This document shows positions 19,693 to 28,893 of a stretch of DNA of 60,942 nt, piece after piece (the first letter of the stretch is position 1; each line of letters begins with the position of its first letter). The DNA is from Promethearchaeota archaeon. GTDB lineage: Archaea; Asgardarchaeota; Lokiarchaeia; Sigyniarchaeales; SOKP01. The translations under genes were made by a program, and so were the position numbers. The DNA lies in contig JBHLLU010000023.1 of assembly GCA_048938895.1 (NCBI GenBank), positions 2,147 through 63,088 of the forward strand, read 5' to 3'. The notes below the pieces were generated by a model, which saw nothing but the letters and a program-made list of their open reading frames with translations, was not told the DNA's origin and ran no database searches.

Positions 19693-20776
19693 CATCATAA
19701 ATCAGGAATCTTTTTTTGTAGAGCGGATTAAATATTTAAGGCAAAAAGCTTTGAATAAAAGGAAAAGCTTAAGTGCGGTGTTATTAGAACAACCAGTAAG
19801 TTTTTGGATAAAAAGCGATAGGCTAATCAATGAAATAGGAAAAGAATTTACTATTATTCTAAGGACGAAAGGTTGCAATTGGGCTCTTGGGGAATCTGGT
19901 GGATGTACTATGTGTGGATATATACAAGATGCGAATATTGGAGGCATCAGTCAAGAACAAGTTATAAAGCAATTTGATTATGCATTTAATAACAAAATTA
20001 AAGAAATCATAGATGATGAAGAAAATTTTATTCTGAAGATTTTTAATTCTGGGAGTTTTTTTGATGATGAGGAGATATCTAATGATGCTAGGAGACATAT
20101 CTATGAAAAAATTGAAGAAATTGAAAATATTAAGGAGTTTGTGGTAGAAAGTAGAATAGAATACATAAATTCTGGTAAATTAAGGGAATTAAAAGAAAGC
20201 CTTAAAAAAAAATACATAGAAATTGGGATTGGAGTTGAAACTGTTAATGATTATATTCGAAATTATTATATTAATAAAGGTACATCATTTAATGATTTTA
20301 GAACTGTATTAAATCAATGTAAGGAAAGCCAGATTGGAGTAAAATCATATATTTTATTAAAACCACCCTTTCTTAATGAACAGGCAGCCATTGATGATTG
20401 TATTAATTCGGTAAATACTTTGATAAATTTAGGTGTCAATACAATTTCAATTAATCCATTAAATATTCAAAAAGGCACATTAGTTGAAAATCTATATCTA
20501 CAGAATAGATACAGGCCCCCATGGTACTATTCCCTCTTTAAAGTCTTTAAAAAATCACTAACGGAGGAGAATTTAAAAGGGGTACGTATCCTATCAGATC
20601 CTTCTGGAGCATCTACAAAAAGAGGTATCCATAACTGCTTAAAAAGAGAATGTGAGACATCATCATTAAATATGCTTAGAAAGTTTACCCTTTCTCAAGA
20701 TCTTAACGTTCTAGATCAGACAGAATATGAGTGTGAATGTAAGAGACAATATCAATTTGAAAAACTCTTTCATTGA
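19664..20776 (+). CDS. Archaeosine synthase radical SAM subunit (RaSEA)
   Basis: LRTKGCNW.....GCTMCG, KIFNSGSF, VESR, LLKPPFL, YRPPW; adjacent to arcS. Confidence 0.85.
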   Translation: MLKYMKKKNSIINQESFFVERIKYLRQKALNKRKSLSAVLLEQPVSFWIKSDRLINEIGKEFTIILRTKGCNWALGESGGCTMCGYIQDANIGGISQEQVIKQFDYAFNNKIKEIIDDEENFILKIFNSGSFFDDEEISNDARRHIYEKIEEIENIKEFVVESRIEYINSGKLRELKESLKKKYIEIGIGVETVNDYIRNYYINKGTSFNDFRTVLNQCKESQIGVKSYILLKPPFLNEQAAIDDCINSVNTLINLGVNTISINPLNIQKGTLVENLYLQNRYRPPWYYSLFKVFKKSLTEENLKGVRILSDPSGASTKRGIHNCLKRECETSSLNMLRKFTLSQDLNVLDQTEYECECKRQYQFEKLFH

Positions 20777-20956
20777 TCTTTTTGTTAATTTGCTCTGTGA
20801 TCTTAGTTGTTCATTTTATATGTTGTATAGGTTTGACGAAAAAAGAGAATTATATTAATAAGGGATTAATTGCCATTTTTGTAAGAAAAACCATTATGTT
20901 TAAATATTAGCCACCATCTTTTATTTTAATTTTTAACCCCCAAATAAGGGAATCTC

Positions 20957-21208
20957 GTGAAAAAGAACTGGGTTAAATTAAATCTATTCTATATTGGAAA
21001 ATCTAAAAAACATCAAATTTTTAGAGCAAAACAGTGGAATAGAAATCTTGAAAAAGTGTTTAGACAACCAGTTTATAACGAAAAATACGAAAAAATTGGA
21101 TATATCAAGGACATATTCGGTCCGATTGACTTTCCTTTTATTTCAATTAAAGCCTTACCTGACCAACATTTTGATACAAATCTAAAGGTTTATACCAAAC
21201 TAACCTAG
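20957..21208 (+). CDS. gar1: H/ACA RNP protein Gar1
   Basis: KIGYIKDIFGP..FP.ISIK; typical position upstream of tfb. Confidence 0.8.
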   Translation: MKKNWVKLNLFYIGKSKKHQIFRAKQWNRNLEKVFRQPVYNEKYEKIGYIKDIFGPIDFPFISIKALPDQHFDTNLKVYTKLT

Positions 21209-21264
21209 TTTATAATAAGTTTTTATGCTTAAACGGATAAATCTAATTAAAGAAGGTGTAATTT

Positions 21265-22233
21265 ATTTCAAATTGGAGAGACCTTAAACAAGAGTTTGAT
21301 GAAATTTTAAGTTTACAAACTAATTTGTGCTCAGAATGTGGGAATGCAATCTTTTTTGATGAAAATAGAGGATTATTGGTTTGTGAAGAATGTGGATTAG
21401 TACATTCTGAAAACCATATAGATCGAGGTCCAGAATGGAGAGCATTTGATGCAGATCAGAAAAAGAAGAGAACAAGAACTGGAGCACCTATGACATATAT
21501 GATACATGATAAGGGTCTTAGTACAATGATAGATTGGAAAAATCGAGATATCTTTGGTAAGGAGATACCTGCTAAATTGCGAGGTCAAATATATCGTCTT
21601 CGTAAGTGGCAAAGCCGAATCAGAGTATCTGATGCGACTGAGAGGAATCTTACCTTTGCACTAAGCGAACTTGATAGGATGGCCTCTAATTTAGATCTTC
21701 AAAAAAATTTGAGGGAATGTGCTGCAAAAATCTACCGTGATGCAGTTGAGGCTCATCTTATTCGCGGAAGAAGCATAGAAGGTGTAGCTGCTGCTAGTTT
21801 ATACGCTGCATGTAGAATGTTTAAAGTACCGCGCACATTAAATGAGATAGCAGAAGTTGCTCGAGTAGATAAAAAAGAAATCAGTAGATCGTTCAGGTTT
21901 ATTTCAAATGAATTAGTGTTAAACCTTAATCCGACAAAACCAATGGATTTTCTTACTAGATTTATTTCTGAATTAGGTCTAACAGCTAGATGTCAAAAAA
22001 TGGCAAAAAGTATTATTAGAATGGCAGAAAGCAGAGGTTTAACTTCAGGAAGAGGCCCTACAGGAGTATGTGCAGCTGCAATTTATGCTTCAAGTATTTT
22101 AACAAATGAGCGTAGAACTCAAAGAAGTATCGCAAAGGTTAGTTGCGTTACAGAAGTCACCGTTCGAAACCGCTTTAGTGAACTAGTAGAAAATCTGAAT
22201 CTTGGTATCTCTCTAAAGCGAAATCATAAGTAA
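21265..22233 (+). CDS. tfb: Transcription initiation factor IIB; probable ATT start at 21265 (ORF track uses TTG 21325)
   Basis: CSECG...CEECG Zn ribbon, GPEWRAF, HDKGLST, RGRSIEG, two cyclin folds; AGGTG SD before ATT. Confidence 0.95.
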   Translation: MSNWRDLKQEFDEILSLQTNLCSECGNAIFFDENRGLLVCEECGLVHSENHIDRGPEWRAFDADQKKKRTRTGAPMTYMIHDKGLSTMIDWKNRDIFGKEIPAKLRGQIYRLRKWQSRIRVSDATERNLTFALSELDRMASNLDLQKNLRECAAKIYRDAVEAHLIRGRSIEGVAAASLYAACRMFKVPRTLNEIAEVARVDKKEISRSFRFISNELVLNLNPTKPMDFLTRFISELGLTARCQKMAKSIIRMAESRGLTSGRGPTGVCAAAIYASSILTNERRTQRSIAKVSCVTEVTVRNRFSELVENLNLGISLKRNHK

Positions 22234-22409
22234 GGTGGTTATAATTCTTTGATTTATAAGGAATCTTATTATGAGTCGAAGGGTAAGATCATTGGGATGA
22301 TTTTATAAAAAAATGGAGGTATCATCTTCATAATATAACATTTAATGACTTAATTTTATTATTTTTATCCTATCGGTTTGATAATAGTTATAGATTAGGT
22401 GTTATAGAA

Positions 22410-22745
22410 TTGGGAGATATACTAAATCAAAATGAAGTTAATTATTTCTTATACAGGGTTGAAAAGAATTTTCCAAATTTTGTAGCTGGAATTATAACAG
22501 ATTCTCATGGGTTCCCTGTGGCATCAAAGATTTCTAAAAAGTTATGGATTCTCGAAAATACTTTAGCCTTATCTGCTATTACTAAGAATAGAGACTTTAT
22601 TGAAGATTCTAAATTAGTTCAAATTAAAAAGGATTTAGATAAGTCGAAAAACTATAGACTGTTAGTTTTACTTGAGAAATCAAAGGATTACAAAAGTGGA
22701 TTAAAGTCTTTAAAAACTTTAATTAAATCACAGGACCTTTTCTAA
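22410..22745 (+). CDS. Roadblock/profilin-like small protein
   Basis: FVAGIITDSHGFPVAS resembles the roadblock/MglB N-terminal strands. Confidence 0.55.
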   Translation: MGDILNQNEVNYFLYRVEKNFPNFVAGIITDSHGFPVASKISKKLWILENTLALSAITKNRDFIEDSKLVQIKKDLDKSKNYRLLVLLEKSKDYKSGLKSLKTLIKSQDLF

Positions 22746-22953
22746 AAAATAATAATAGAAGATACAAGGATGTAGTATTTTTTATAGCGAACCGTAGAAA
22801 AACAATCAGTTAACTTAAATTTTTAAAGAAATAATTTCTTTTAATACTAAAGTAGATAAGTGCTAAAAATATAAAGTTAAGTTTAAATAACTAGTTTTAT
22901 AATTTAAAAACGACTGTTGATTAAAGATATAATCGTAATAGGTTGACCTGTGA

Positions 22954-23424
22954 TTGAGTTATTCCGAAGATGAGAGGAAATTGAAACAAATTCTAAACAC
23001 AATTATAAATAGTACTCCAGGATTAAAATACGCGATAATTACTGATGATACAGGTATTACTATTATGAGTCAATCTAAATTTAATTTCTCTGAAAATGAT
23101 AGCACCCCAGTCGAGAAAATCGGTGCCATTGGAGGTGCGGTTTTTTTTGCAGGTGAAGAACAAGGACATATTCTGGGATATGGAAATATTACTCTACAAA
23201 TTACTGAATACTTTGAGGGAATGATATTTTCAATGAAAGTTGGTAAAGGAGTATTATGTATAAGTACTGATAAAAGAGTTCAAATTGGATTCATTATTGC
23301 TATGATGAAGAAGTGGGCTCCAAAAATTACAACTATCCTAAATCGCTATTTAAAAGATGATCAAGGAGAATTGAGTAAGGAAATTAAAGAATTATTTGGA
23401 ACTGATACTGTAGGTTTGCTTTAA
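22954..23424 (+). CDS. Roadblock/LC7 domain protein
   Basis: PGLKYAIITDDTGITI, KIGAIGGA, ITEYFEG, GVLCIST, QIGFI. Confidence 0.75.
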   Translation: MSYSEDERKLKQILNTIINSTPGLKYAIITDDTGITIMSQSKFNFSENDSTPVEKIGAIGGAVFFAGEEQGHILGYGNITLQITEYFEGMIFSMKVGKGVLCISTDKRVQIGFIIAMMKKWAPKITTILNRYLKDDQGELSKEIKELFGTDTVGLL

Positions 23425-23451
23425 CATATTTATTCAAGATGGTGAGTTGGT

Positions 23452-23946
23452 ATCCATTTAGTTTTAACATATTTTAACCAAGTATTAGGTCCGAGTGTTT
23501 TATTATCTTATCCCGATGAAAAGTTGGAAAAGGATCTAATATCAAAACTAAAAAAGTTTTTTGATTTAGAAATTGATGAACCCTTTTTTGAAATAGTTCT
23601 AATAACAAAGAAAAAAAAAATTATTAATTTTCACTTTGAAATCCCCTCTGAATGGGCACGTGGTAAAAAAGAATTGGCAATGCTTTCTCTAATAATGAAA
23701 ATGGAATACACGAGTGAAAATTTTTATACATTCCTAGTAGATGCGTCATACAAAATATTAAAAACTAACAGAGTGTATAAGGCATTCTACAAAAATAATG
23801 AATTCTATGATAATGATATAGAAATTGATTTGAACTATGAACTTATAAGAAAAATTCTTTTTGAAAGTGTATCGAGTTTTATTTTGCGAATAGAAGATAA
23901 AATTAAAGGAATAAATAAAAAAAAGCCATTCCCTTTCTCTCCGTAA
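23452..23946 (+). CDS. uDENN/longin-like protein; probable ATC start at 23452 (ORF track starts at 23524)
   Basis: In-frame extension IHLVLTYFNQVLGPSVLLSYP (F-x4-GP longin strand) and FEIPSEWARG; GGTGA SD upstream, in-frame TGA at 23443. Confidence 0.6.
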   Translation: MHLVLTYFNQVLGPSVLLSYPDEKLEKDLISKLKKFFDLEIDEPFFEIVLITKKKKIINFHFEIPSEWARGKKELAMLSLIMKMEYTSENFYTFLVDASYKILKTNRVYKAFYKNNEFYDNDIEIDLNYELIRKILFESVSSFILRIEDKIKGINKKKPFPFSP

Positions 23947-23947
23947 T

Positions 23948-23962
23948 GAAAATCTTTATAAT
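23948..23962 (+). promoter_or_regulatory. BRE/TATA-like promoter upstream of the putative ncRNA
   Basis: GAAAA followed by TTTATAAT about 25-30 nt before the GC-richer structured tract. Confidence 0.35.
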
Positions 23963-23984
23963 TTTATTATAATATTATATTCAT

Positions 23985-24290
23985 GGGAGAATAATGATGA
24001 AACAAACCGCGTTTCCGAGGACACATAGGATTAAAAAATGAATATGTAGTGCAAAATAACGCGTAAATTCGGAGTTAATTAATCAGTTACAATCCTGTAC
24101 AAATGGGCTCTTTGTCTAGCAAAGGTGATTACCAGAGCGATGAGGCATGAGTCAGTACGCAGGAGACATGATTATGATCCCATTAGCGCATAGAGATTCT
24201 TGCCTGACACGAGAGAACATATTTGATTTTAAAGGAATATCCCTGAAATGAGAATATAGTGTTAGTGTTTATAGGCGAAATCTATGCCAT
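23985..24290 (+). ncRNA. Unidentified structured non-coding RNA candidate
   Basis: No ORF; GC-enriched over flanks; several complementary segments (CGCGTT/AACGCG, TCCGAG/TTCGGA, ATAGGATT/AATCCTGT, AATGGG/CCCATT, AGGCA/TGCCT); ATGATGA and CTGA boxes. Confidence 0.45.
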
Positions 24291-24307
24291 TTTATAAATA
24301 CTAAAAA

Positions 24308-25066
24308 CTATTGTTCAAGATTTTTAATTAATGAGAGTAGATCCTCATATGATCCTAATAACCTTTTAATATCTACATTATTTAATCCTTCAGAAGGAGT
24401 TCCTTCAAAAACCAGCTTTCCATCATTTATTACCAACATTTTATTTGCCCAATTTTCAACAAAGAATAGATTATGAGTCGTGTAAAGTATAGTTATCCTA
24501 TATTCTTTCCTTAATTTCTCAAGGATTTTTAGATGGTTATAAATTGAAGCAAAATCAAGGTTAGCAAAAGGTTCATCCAATATTAAGAGTTTTGGTTTCA
24601 TTACTAGTACTCCTGCTAATGCAGCTCTCTTTTTTTGACCCCATGAAAGGTTAAATGGAGAATAATCTTTATAATCTTCCAAATCAACTGCTTTTAATGC
24701 CCATTTAACCCTTTCCTTAACTTCATGATTACTCAGTTTCAAATTCCTTGCCCCAAAACTAACATCTTCTTCAATTGTTGGAGCAAAAAGTTGATCATCA
24801 GGATTTTGGAACAAAAAACCAATTGATTGTCTTAGTTCCCATAATTCTTGCTTATTCCTAGTAACAGGATTATTAAAAATCTTTATTGAACCTGATTCAG
24901 GTTTAAGCAAGCCGACTAATAATCTCAATAATGTTGTTTTGCCTGACCCATTATTCCCAGTTAATGCATATATTAAGTGTTCTTCAATATTAAAAGAGAG
25001 ATTATTAATTTTAAATCCATTATTATAGCTGAAACTTAATTTATCTACTTCTACGGCAAAATTAAT
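24308..25066 (-). CDS. cbiO: ECF Co/Ni transporter ATPase; probable ATT start at 25066
   Basis: Upstream in-frame extension holds Walker A GNNGSGKTT; FQNPDDQLF, LSWGQKKR, LILDEP. Confidence 0.9.
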   Translation of the reverse strand: MNFAVEVDKLSFSYNNGFKINNLSFNIEEHLIYALTGNNGSGKTTLLRLLVGLLKPESGSIKIFNNPVTRNKQELWELRQSIGFLFQNPDDQLFAPTIEEDVSFGARNLKLSNHEVKERVKWALKAVDLEDYKDYSPFNLSWGQKKRAALAGVLVMKPKLLILDEPFANLDFASIYNHLKILEKLRKEYRITILYTTHNLFFVENWANKMLVINDGKLVFEGTPSEGLNNVDIKRLLGSYEDLLSLIKNLEQ

Positions 25067-25854
25067 TCAAATACACCTTGATAAAATGATTGTAAATCTA
25101 TAATAAAAATCATAAAAACTAGCAGAAGACTAAAAAATGTTAAAATCCCAATATCTATTATTCGAAACCGTTTAGGCTCAAATGTTATTTTTCCTGAAAA
25201 TCCGCGCATTTTCAAGCTCTCATATAATTTTTCACTTCTTTCCATATTTGAAATAATACTCTTCCCCATGATAAAGGCATGAGTTTTTAGTCTTTGGAAA
25301 TACTTGGATATATTTTTACCTCGCATTTCTTGGGCTTCAAGTATTTTTTTATTTGAACTTGTTAGGATAGGTATATAATGTAACATTATTATTAATGAAC
25401 CAATAAAAATAGACGGGATTCTTAATTTTGTTAGAGCTACTATAAATTCTGAATAAGTTAGCGTCGAAAAAAAAGACATAAATATAAATAATGCCCCAAA
25501 AACTCTGAAAAATATTAAAGATGCAAGAATTAATCCTTCTTTAAATATAATGATCCTTAATCCGATATTGAATTGATATAAAATCGTATCTCCCACATAT
25601 AAGGGAATGAATATTGTTAGCAAAAGTACAATGGGAATTACTAGTTTTAATCTCGACAAGATTTCTAATATCTTTAATCTAAATATTAAAACATTGACGA
25701 GAATAACTAATAAAATTGAAAAAATCAGATAGATGTCACCTATTATCATAAAAGGTATGACACATATAAATGGTAAAATCAATCTTGTCAAAGGATGAAC
25801 CTTTCCAAGATATCTATTTTCATTTTCAAGCCTAAACGGTAAAGTTGTCTTCAA
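25051..25854 (-). CDS. cbiQ: ECF transporter T component
   Basis: HPLTRL, AQEMRG, ERSEKLYESLKMRGF. Confidence 0.85.
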   Translation of the reverse strand: MKTTLPFRLENENRYLGKVHPLTRLILPFICVIPFMIIGDIYLIFSILLVILVNVLIFRLKILEILSRLKLVIPIVLLLTIFIPLYVGDTILYQFNIGLRIIIFKEGLILASLIFFRVFGALFIFMSFFSTLTYSEFIVALTKLRIPSIFIGSLIIMLHYIPILTSSNKKILEAQEMRGKNISKYFQRLKTHAFIMGKSIISNMERSEKLYESLKMRGFSGKITFEPKRFRIIDIGILTFFSLLLVFMIFIIDLQSFYQGVFELILP

Positions 25855-25882
25855 AATTTAATCGCTAAAAGTTCTATTTATG

Positions 25883-25954
25883 TTTTCATACTTTTTTATG
25901 AAATTAGTAACATTTTTAACTTTTCATACTTTTTTATGAAATCAGTAACATTTT
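25883..25954. promoter_or_regulatory. Tandem 34-nt direct repeat with internal palindrome in the cbiQO/cbiM divergent promoter (candidate metal-regulator operator)
   Basis: TTTTCATACTTTTTTATGAAAT(T/C)AGTAACATTTT at 25883 and 25921; each copy holds TTTCATA-N6-TATGAAA. Confidence 0.6.
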
Positions 25955-25996
25955 CAATATGACACCCTAAAAAAAATTATCTTTTAATGATTAAAA

Positions 25997-26995
25997 ATGC
26001 ACATTCCAGACGGTTTATTAAATCCTGTAGCCATTATAATCCTATGGGCCATTGTTGTCGTAATGATGATCTTTGGGTATGTTAAGATAGGAAGGATTTT
26101 CGAAAAAGAAGATTCAGAGAAAATAATTCCATATATTGGAGTACTAGCCGCAGTAATCTTTGCTTTTCAATTTGTGAACTATCCGGTTCCTGGAGGGACT
26201 TCTGGACATTTAATTGGGGGGACATTAATAGCTGTTATATTAGGCCCATGGGCTTCTGTCATAATCCTCTTTTTGGTTTTAGTTGTACAGAGTTTATTTG
26301 GTGATGGGGGAATCCTTGCTTTAGGTGCTAATGCTTTTAATATGGGAATAATAGGTGGTTTTTTTGGATTTTACATTGTTGTCTTTATTGTAAAAATATT
26401 AAATAAAACTTCGATTAGAAAAGAATTGAAACTGACAATTGCCACTGCAGTAGGTGCTTATTTTTCTATAGTATTAGCTTCTTTTGTTTGTGCTCTCGAA
26501 ATTAGCTTCTCTGGAGCGATTCCGTTAGAAGTAGCAATTCCTGCGATGGTATATTGGCATCTATTAATTGGTATAGGTGAAGCTATCATCTCGGCCTTAA
26601 TAATATTCTATATTTATAAAGTAAAGCCAGATATTATTACCACAGAATCATTCATGATGAATAAAATTATACTGATCAAAATAAGTAAGTATAAGAGACC
26701 TCTTATTTCAATTCTTTCTGTAATTGGCACACTGATACTAATGATTGCAATTGGTTTTACTATTGGGATACTTTCTACTGATCCAGATGGATTGGAGCGT
26801 GTATTAATTGACCAAAATGGTGAATCATGGTTAGAGAGCCTAACATCTCCATGGATCCCTCTTTTCAGTTGGATGAATGATTATGGGGCAGCAATATTAG
26901 GTGTAATTTTCTCTATTCTTGTAATTTCCTTAGCTTTTTATTTAATTATTAGGAAAAAAAAAAGGAATAGATCTGTGGATTTGGTTATTCACTGA
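25997..26995 (+). CDS. cbiM: ECF Co/Ni substrate component CbiM/NikM fused to a PDGLE (NikN) domain
   Basis: MHIPDG, GTSGH, GDGG..ALGAN, PDGLE. Confidence 0.9.
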   Translation: MHIPDGLLNPVAIIILWAIVVVMMIFGYVKIGRIFEKEDSEKIIPYIGVLAAVIFAFQFVNYPVPGGTSGHLIGGTLIAVILGPWASVIILFLVLVVQSLFGDGGILALGANAFNMGIIGGFFGFYIVVFIVKILNKTSIRKELKLTIATAVGAYFSIVLASFVCALEISFSGAIPLEVAIPAMVYWHLLIGIGEAIISALIIFYIYKVKPDIITTESFMMNKIILIKISKYKRPLISILSVIGTLILMIAIGFTIGILSTDPDGLERVLIDQNGESWLESLTSPWIPLFSWMNDYGAAILGVIFSILVISLAFYLIIRKKKRNRSVDLVIH

Positions 26996-27011
26996 ATAAC
27001 TAATTTTAGGA

Positions 27012-27653
27012 ATGATTAACTTCTTTATACATAATAAAATTTATTGTGACTACTCCCAAATGAGGATTGTATTTTTTATTAAATCAGCTTCAGTCTATTT
27101 GAAAAATTTTTCGATTAAAGATATACCGGGTTCTTCTGGTAGATTGGATGTAATTTCAAGGTGTATTTTAGCAGCTCTATTGAGGAAAGATAGGTTTGAA
27201 ACGAAAGTTAAAATATGGGTCTTTTTAGATAACTATGAGACATTAATTTTTGATCCAGAATCATTTAATTATGATAATTTCCCAAAAAATGAAATTAAAT
27301 TTACAGGTCATTTAGTCGATATATTATTAAAAAGAAATACAGATATCGAAAAAAATCCCCTTCAATTTGTTCAAATAGCGAATGTGAGTATATTGAAGTC
27401 AATAAATGAATTCATGCAAATGGGTTTCACTCCGTATGTCTTAAAAGAGGAAGGTTTCGACTTTTTTGCTCATAAAGATGATATTAACAAAAGGAGCAAT
27501 TTACTATTCATAATTGGTAGTCAAAAAGATGATTTCTTAGATTCTGAAGAATTATTAAAATTAAATATTCCAACACTAAGTATTGGGAATCAATCCTATT
27601 TAGCTTCCTCTGTAATAAGATTATTGAAATTAACTCTCATAGAACTACAATAA
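27012..27653 (+). CDS. trmY: tRNA pseudouridine54 N1-methyltransferase (start may be ATG 27060)
   Basis: DIPGSSGRLDVISRC, LKEEG, SPOUT-type C-terminus. Confidence 0.8.
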   Translation: MINFFIHNKIYCDYSQMRIVFFIKSASVYLKNFSIKDIPGSSGRLDVISRCILAALLRKDRFETKVKIWVFLDNYETLIFDPESFNYDNFPKNEIKFTGHLVDILLKRNTDIEKNPLQFVQIANVSILKSINEFMQMGFTPYVLKEEGFDFFAHKDDINKRSNLLFIIGSQKDDFLDSEELLKLNIPTLSIGNQSYLASSVIRLLKLTLIELQ

Positions 27654-27721
27654 ATTTTTTATTAGAATGATATTTTAAAATTATTAATCTAAGTGATGAG
27701 ATTTAAGGATATTGAAAGGAA

Positions 27722-28453
27722 TTGAATAACCTAAAAGATACTAAAAAAAGAGCTCGACAAAGAGAAATTTCCCTTAGGTATACTGAACGTCCAGTAGCTT
27801 TTTTTATTAAACATAATTTTACTCCTAATAAGATTTCTTTCATCGGTTTCATTTGTTTAGCAAGTGCTTCATTGCTAATTGCTATTTTTGGATTATATTT
27901 TTCTATATGGCTTTCTTGGATTATCCCTTGTATTATGGGTATAGGTGGTGCTATGGATTTATTTGATGGAGAAGTCGCGAGAAGAACAGATAAAGAAACA
28001 CAATCTGGTGCTTTCCTGGATTCAAATTTAGACAGACTTTCTGATGCTATATTAATTTTAGGTTTAATTTATGGTGGTTTATTAGATTATTTGTTAGGAT
28101 ACATTTTTTTATTTTTAGTAATTATGATTTCTTATACACGTTCACGAGCTGAAATTGAGGGCGTTAATATGAAAGGAATTGGTTTTATGGAACGTGCAGA
28201 ACGAATTCTATTTCTAATTTTTACTCTAATTGGCGAATTAATATTTTATTTCGTTACATCCCTCGCTTTTGGGGAACCTATAACAATTCTAGTCCCTTTT
28301 ATCACAAGAATATCAGTCACCCCAATTTTCTTTATAAGTATAATAATATTTGCTTTTACACTTCTTTATACTACTCTCCAAAGATTAATTCATACTTTCA
28401 AAACTTTAAGAAATCTGAATCAAAATACTAGAGATGTTTTACAAAATTCATAA
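27722..28453 (+). CDS. CDP-alcohol phosphatidyltransferase (archaetidylinositol-phosphate synthase-like)
   Basis: DLFDGEVARR, GAFLDSNLDRLSD, SYTRSRAE, GFMERAER. Confidence 0.9.
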   Translation: MNNLKDTKKRARQREISLRYTERPVAFFIKHNFTPNKISFIGFICLASASLLIAIFGLYFSIWLSWIIPCIMGIGGAMDLFDGEVARRTDKETQSGAFLDSNLDRLSDAILILGLIYGGLLDYLLGYIFLFLVIMISYTRSRAEIEGVNMKGIGFMERAERILFLIFTLIGELIFYFVTSLAFGEPITILVPFITRISVTPIFFISIIIFAFTLLYTTLQRLIHTFKTLRNLNQNTRDVLQNS

Positions 28454-28582
28454 AAGAATTTCTTATATTGCCTTATTTTCGAAAATTATTATTGGTAAGG
28501 ATAAATTTTTTAAGTTTTATTCATTTCAAATCTAAAAGAAACAAGATATTGTATTAATTAAAATAAAAACAAGCTGATTTTT

Positions 28583-28855
28583 ATTCCCAAGAAAAGAAAA
28601 AGCGGTGGAAAGAGCGGAAGTAGTAAGGGACAGGATTACAAGGTTCAATGCTATAAATGTGGTCGATTTGTGGCTCGTAGTAAGGCTAAAGCAGTCACTA
28701 GAAGAACATCTTTAGTTGATGGTAGAATGTACACTGAACTAAAAAAGGCAGGTACAATAATACAATCATCCTCTACAACGAAATACTATTGTATAAGTTG
28801 TGCTATTCACAGTCACCAGATTAGTCAACGAGATAAAAACTTAAGAAAAATATAG
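28583..28855 (+). CDS. rps26e: Ribosomal protein eS26; ATT start (ORF track truncated at 28670)
   Basis: (M)PKKRKSGGKSGSSKG...VQCYKCGRFVARSKA...YCISCAIHS. Confidence 0.9.
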   Translation: MPKKRKSGGKSGSSKGQDYKVQCYKCGRFVARSKAKAVTRRTSLVDGRMYTELKKAGTIIQSSSTTKYYCISCAIHSHQISQRDKNLRKI

Positions 28856-28893
28856 TATTCTCATTTATTTTTTTGAATGTATAATATTGTATA

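Noticed and set aside
23985-24290. RNase P RNA, SRP RNA or U3-like assignment for the structured tract
   Set aside because: Conserved RNase P and SRP signatures were not found; U3-like words occur on opposite strands and are too short to be meaningful
25883-25954. CRISPR array
   Set aside because: Only two copies separated by 4 nt, with no spacers and no cas genes
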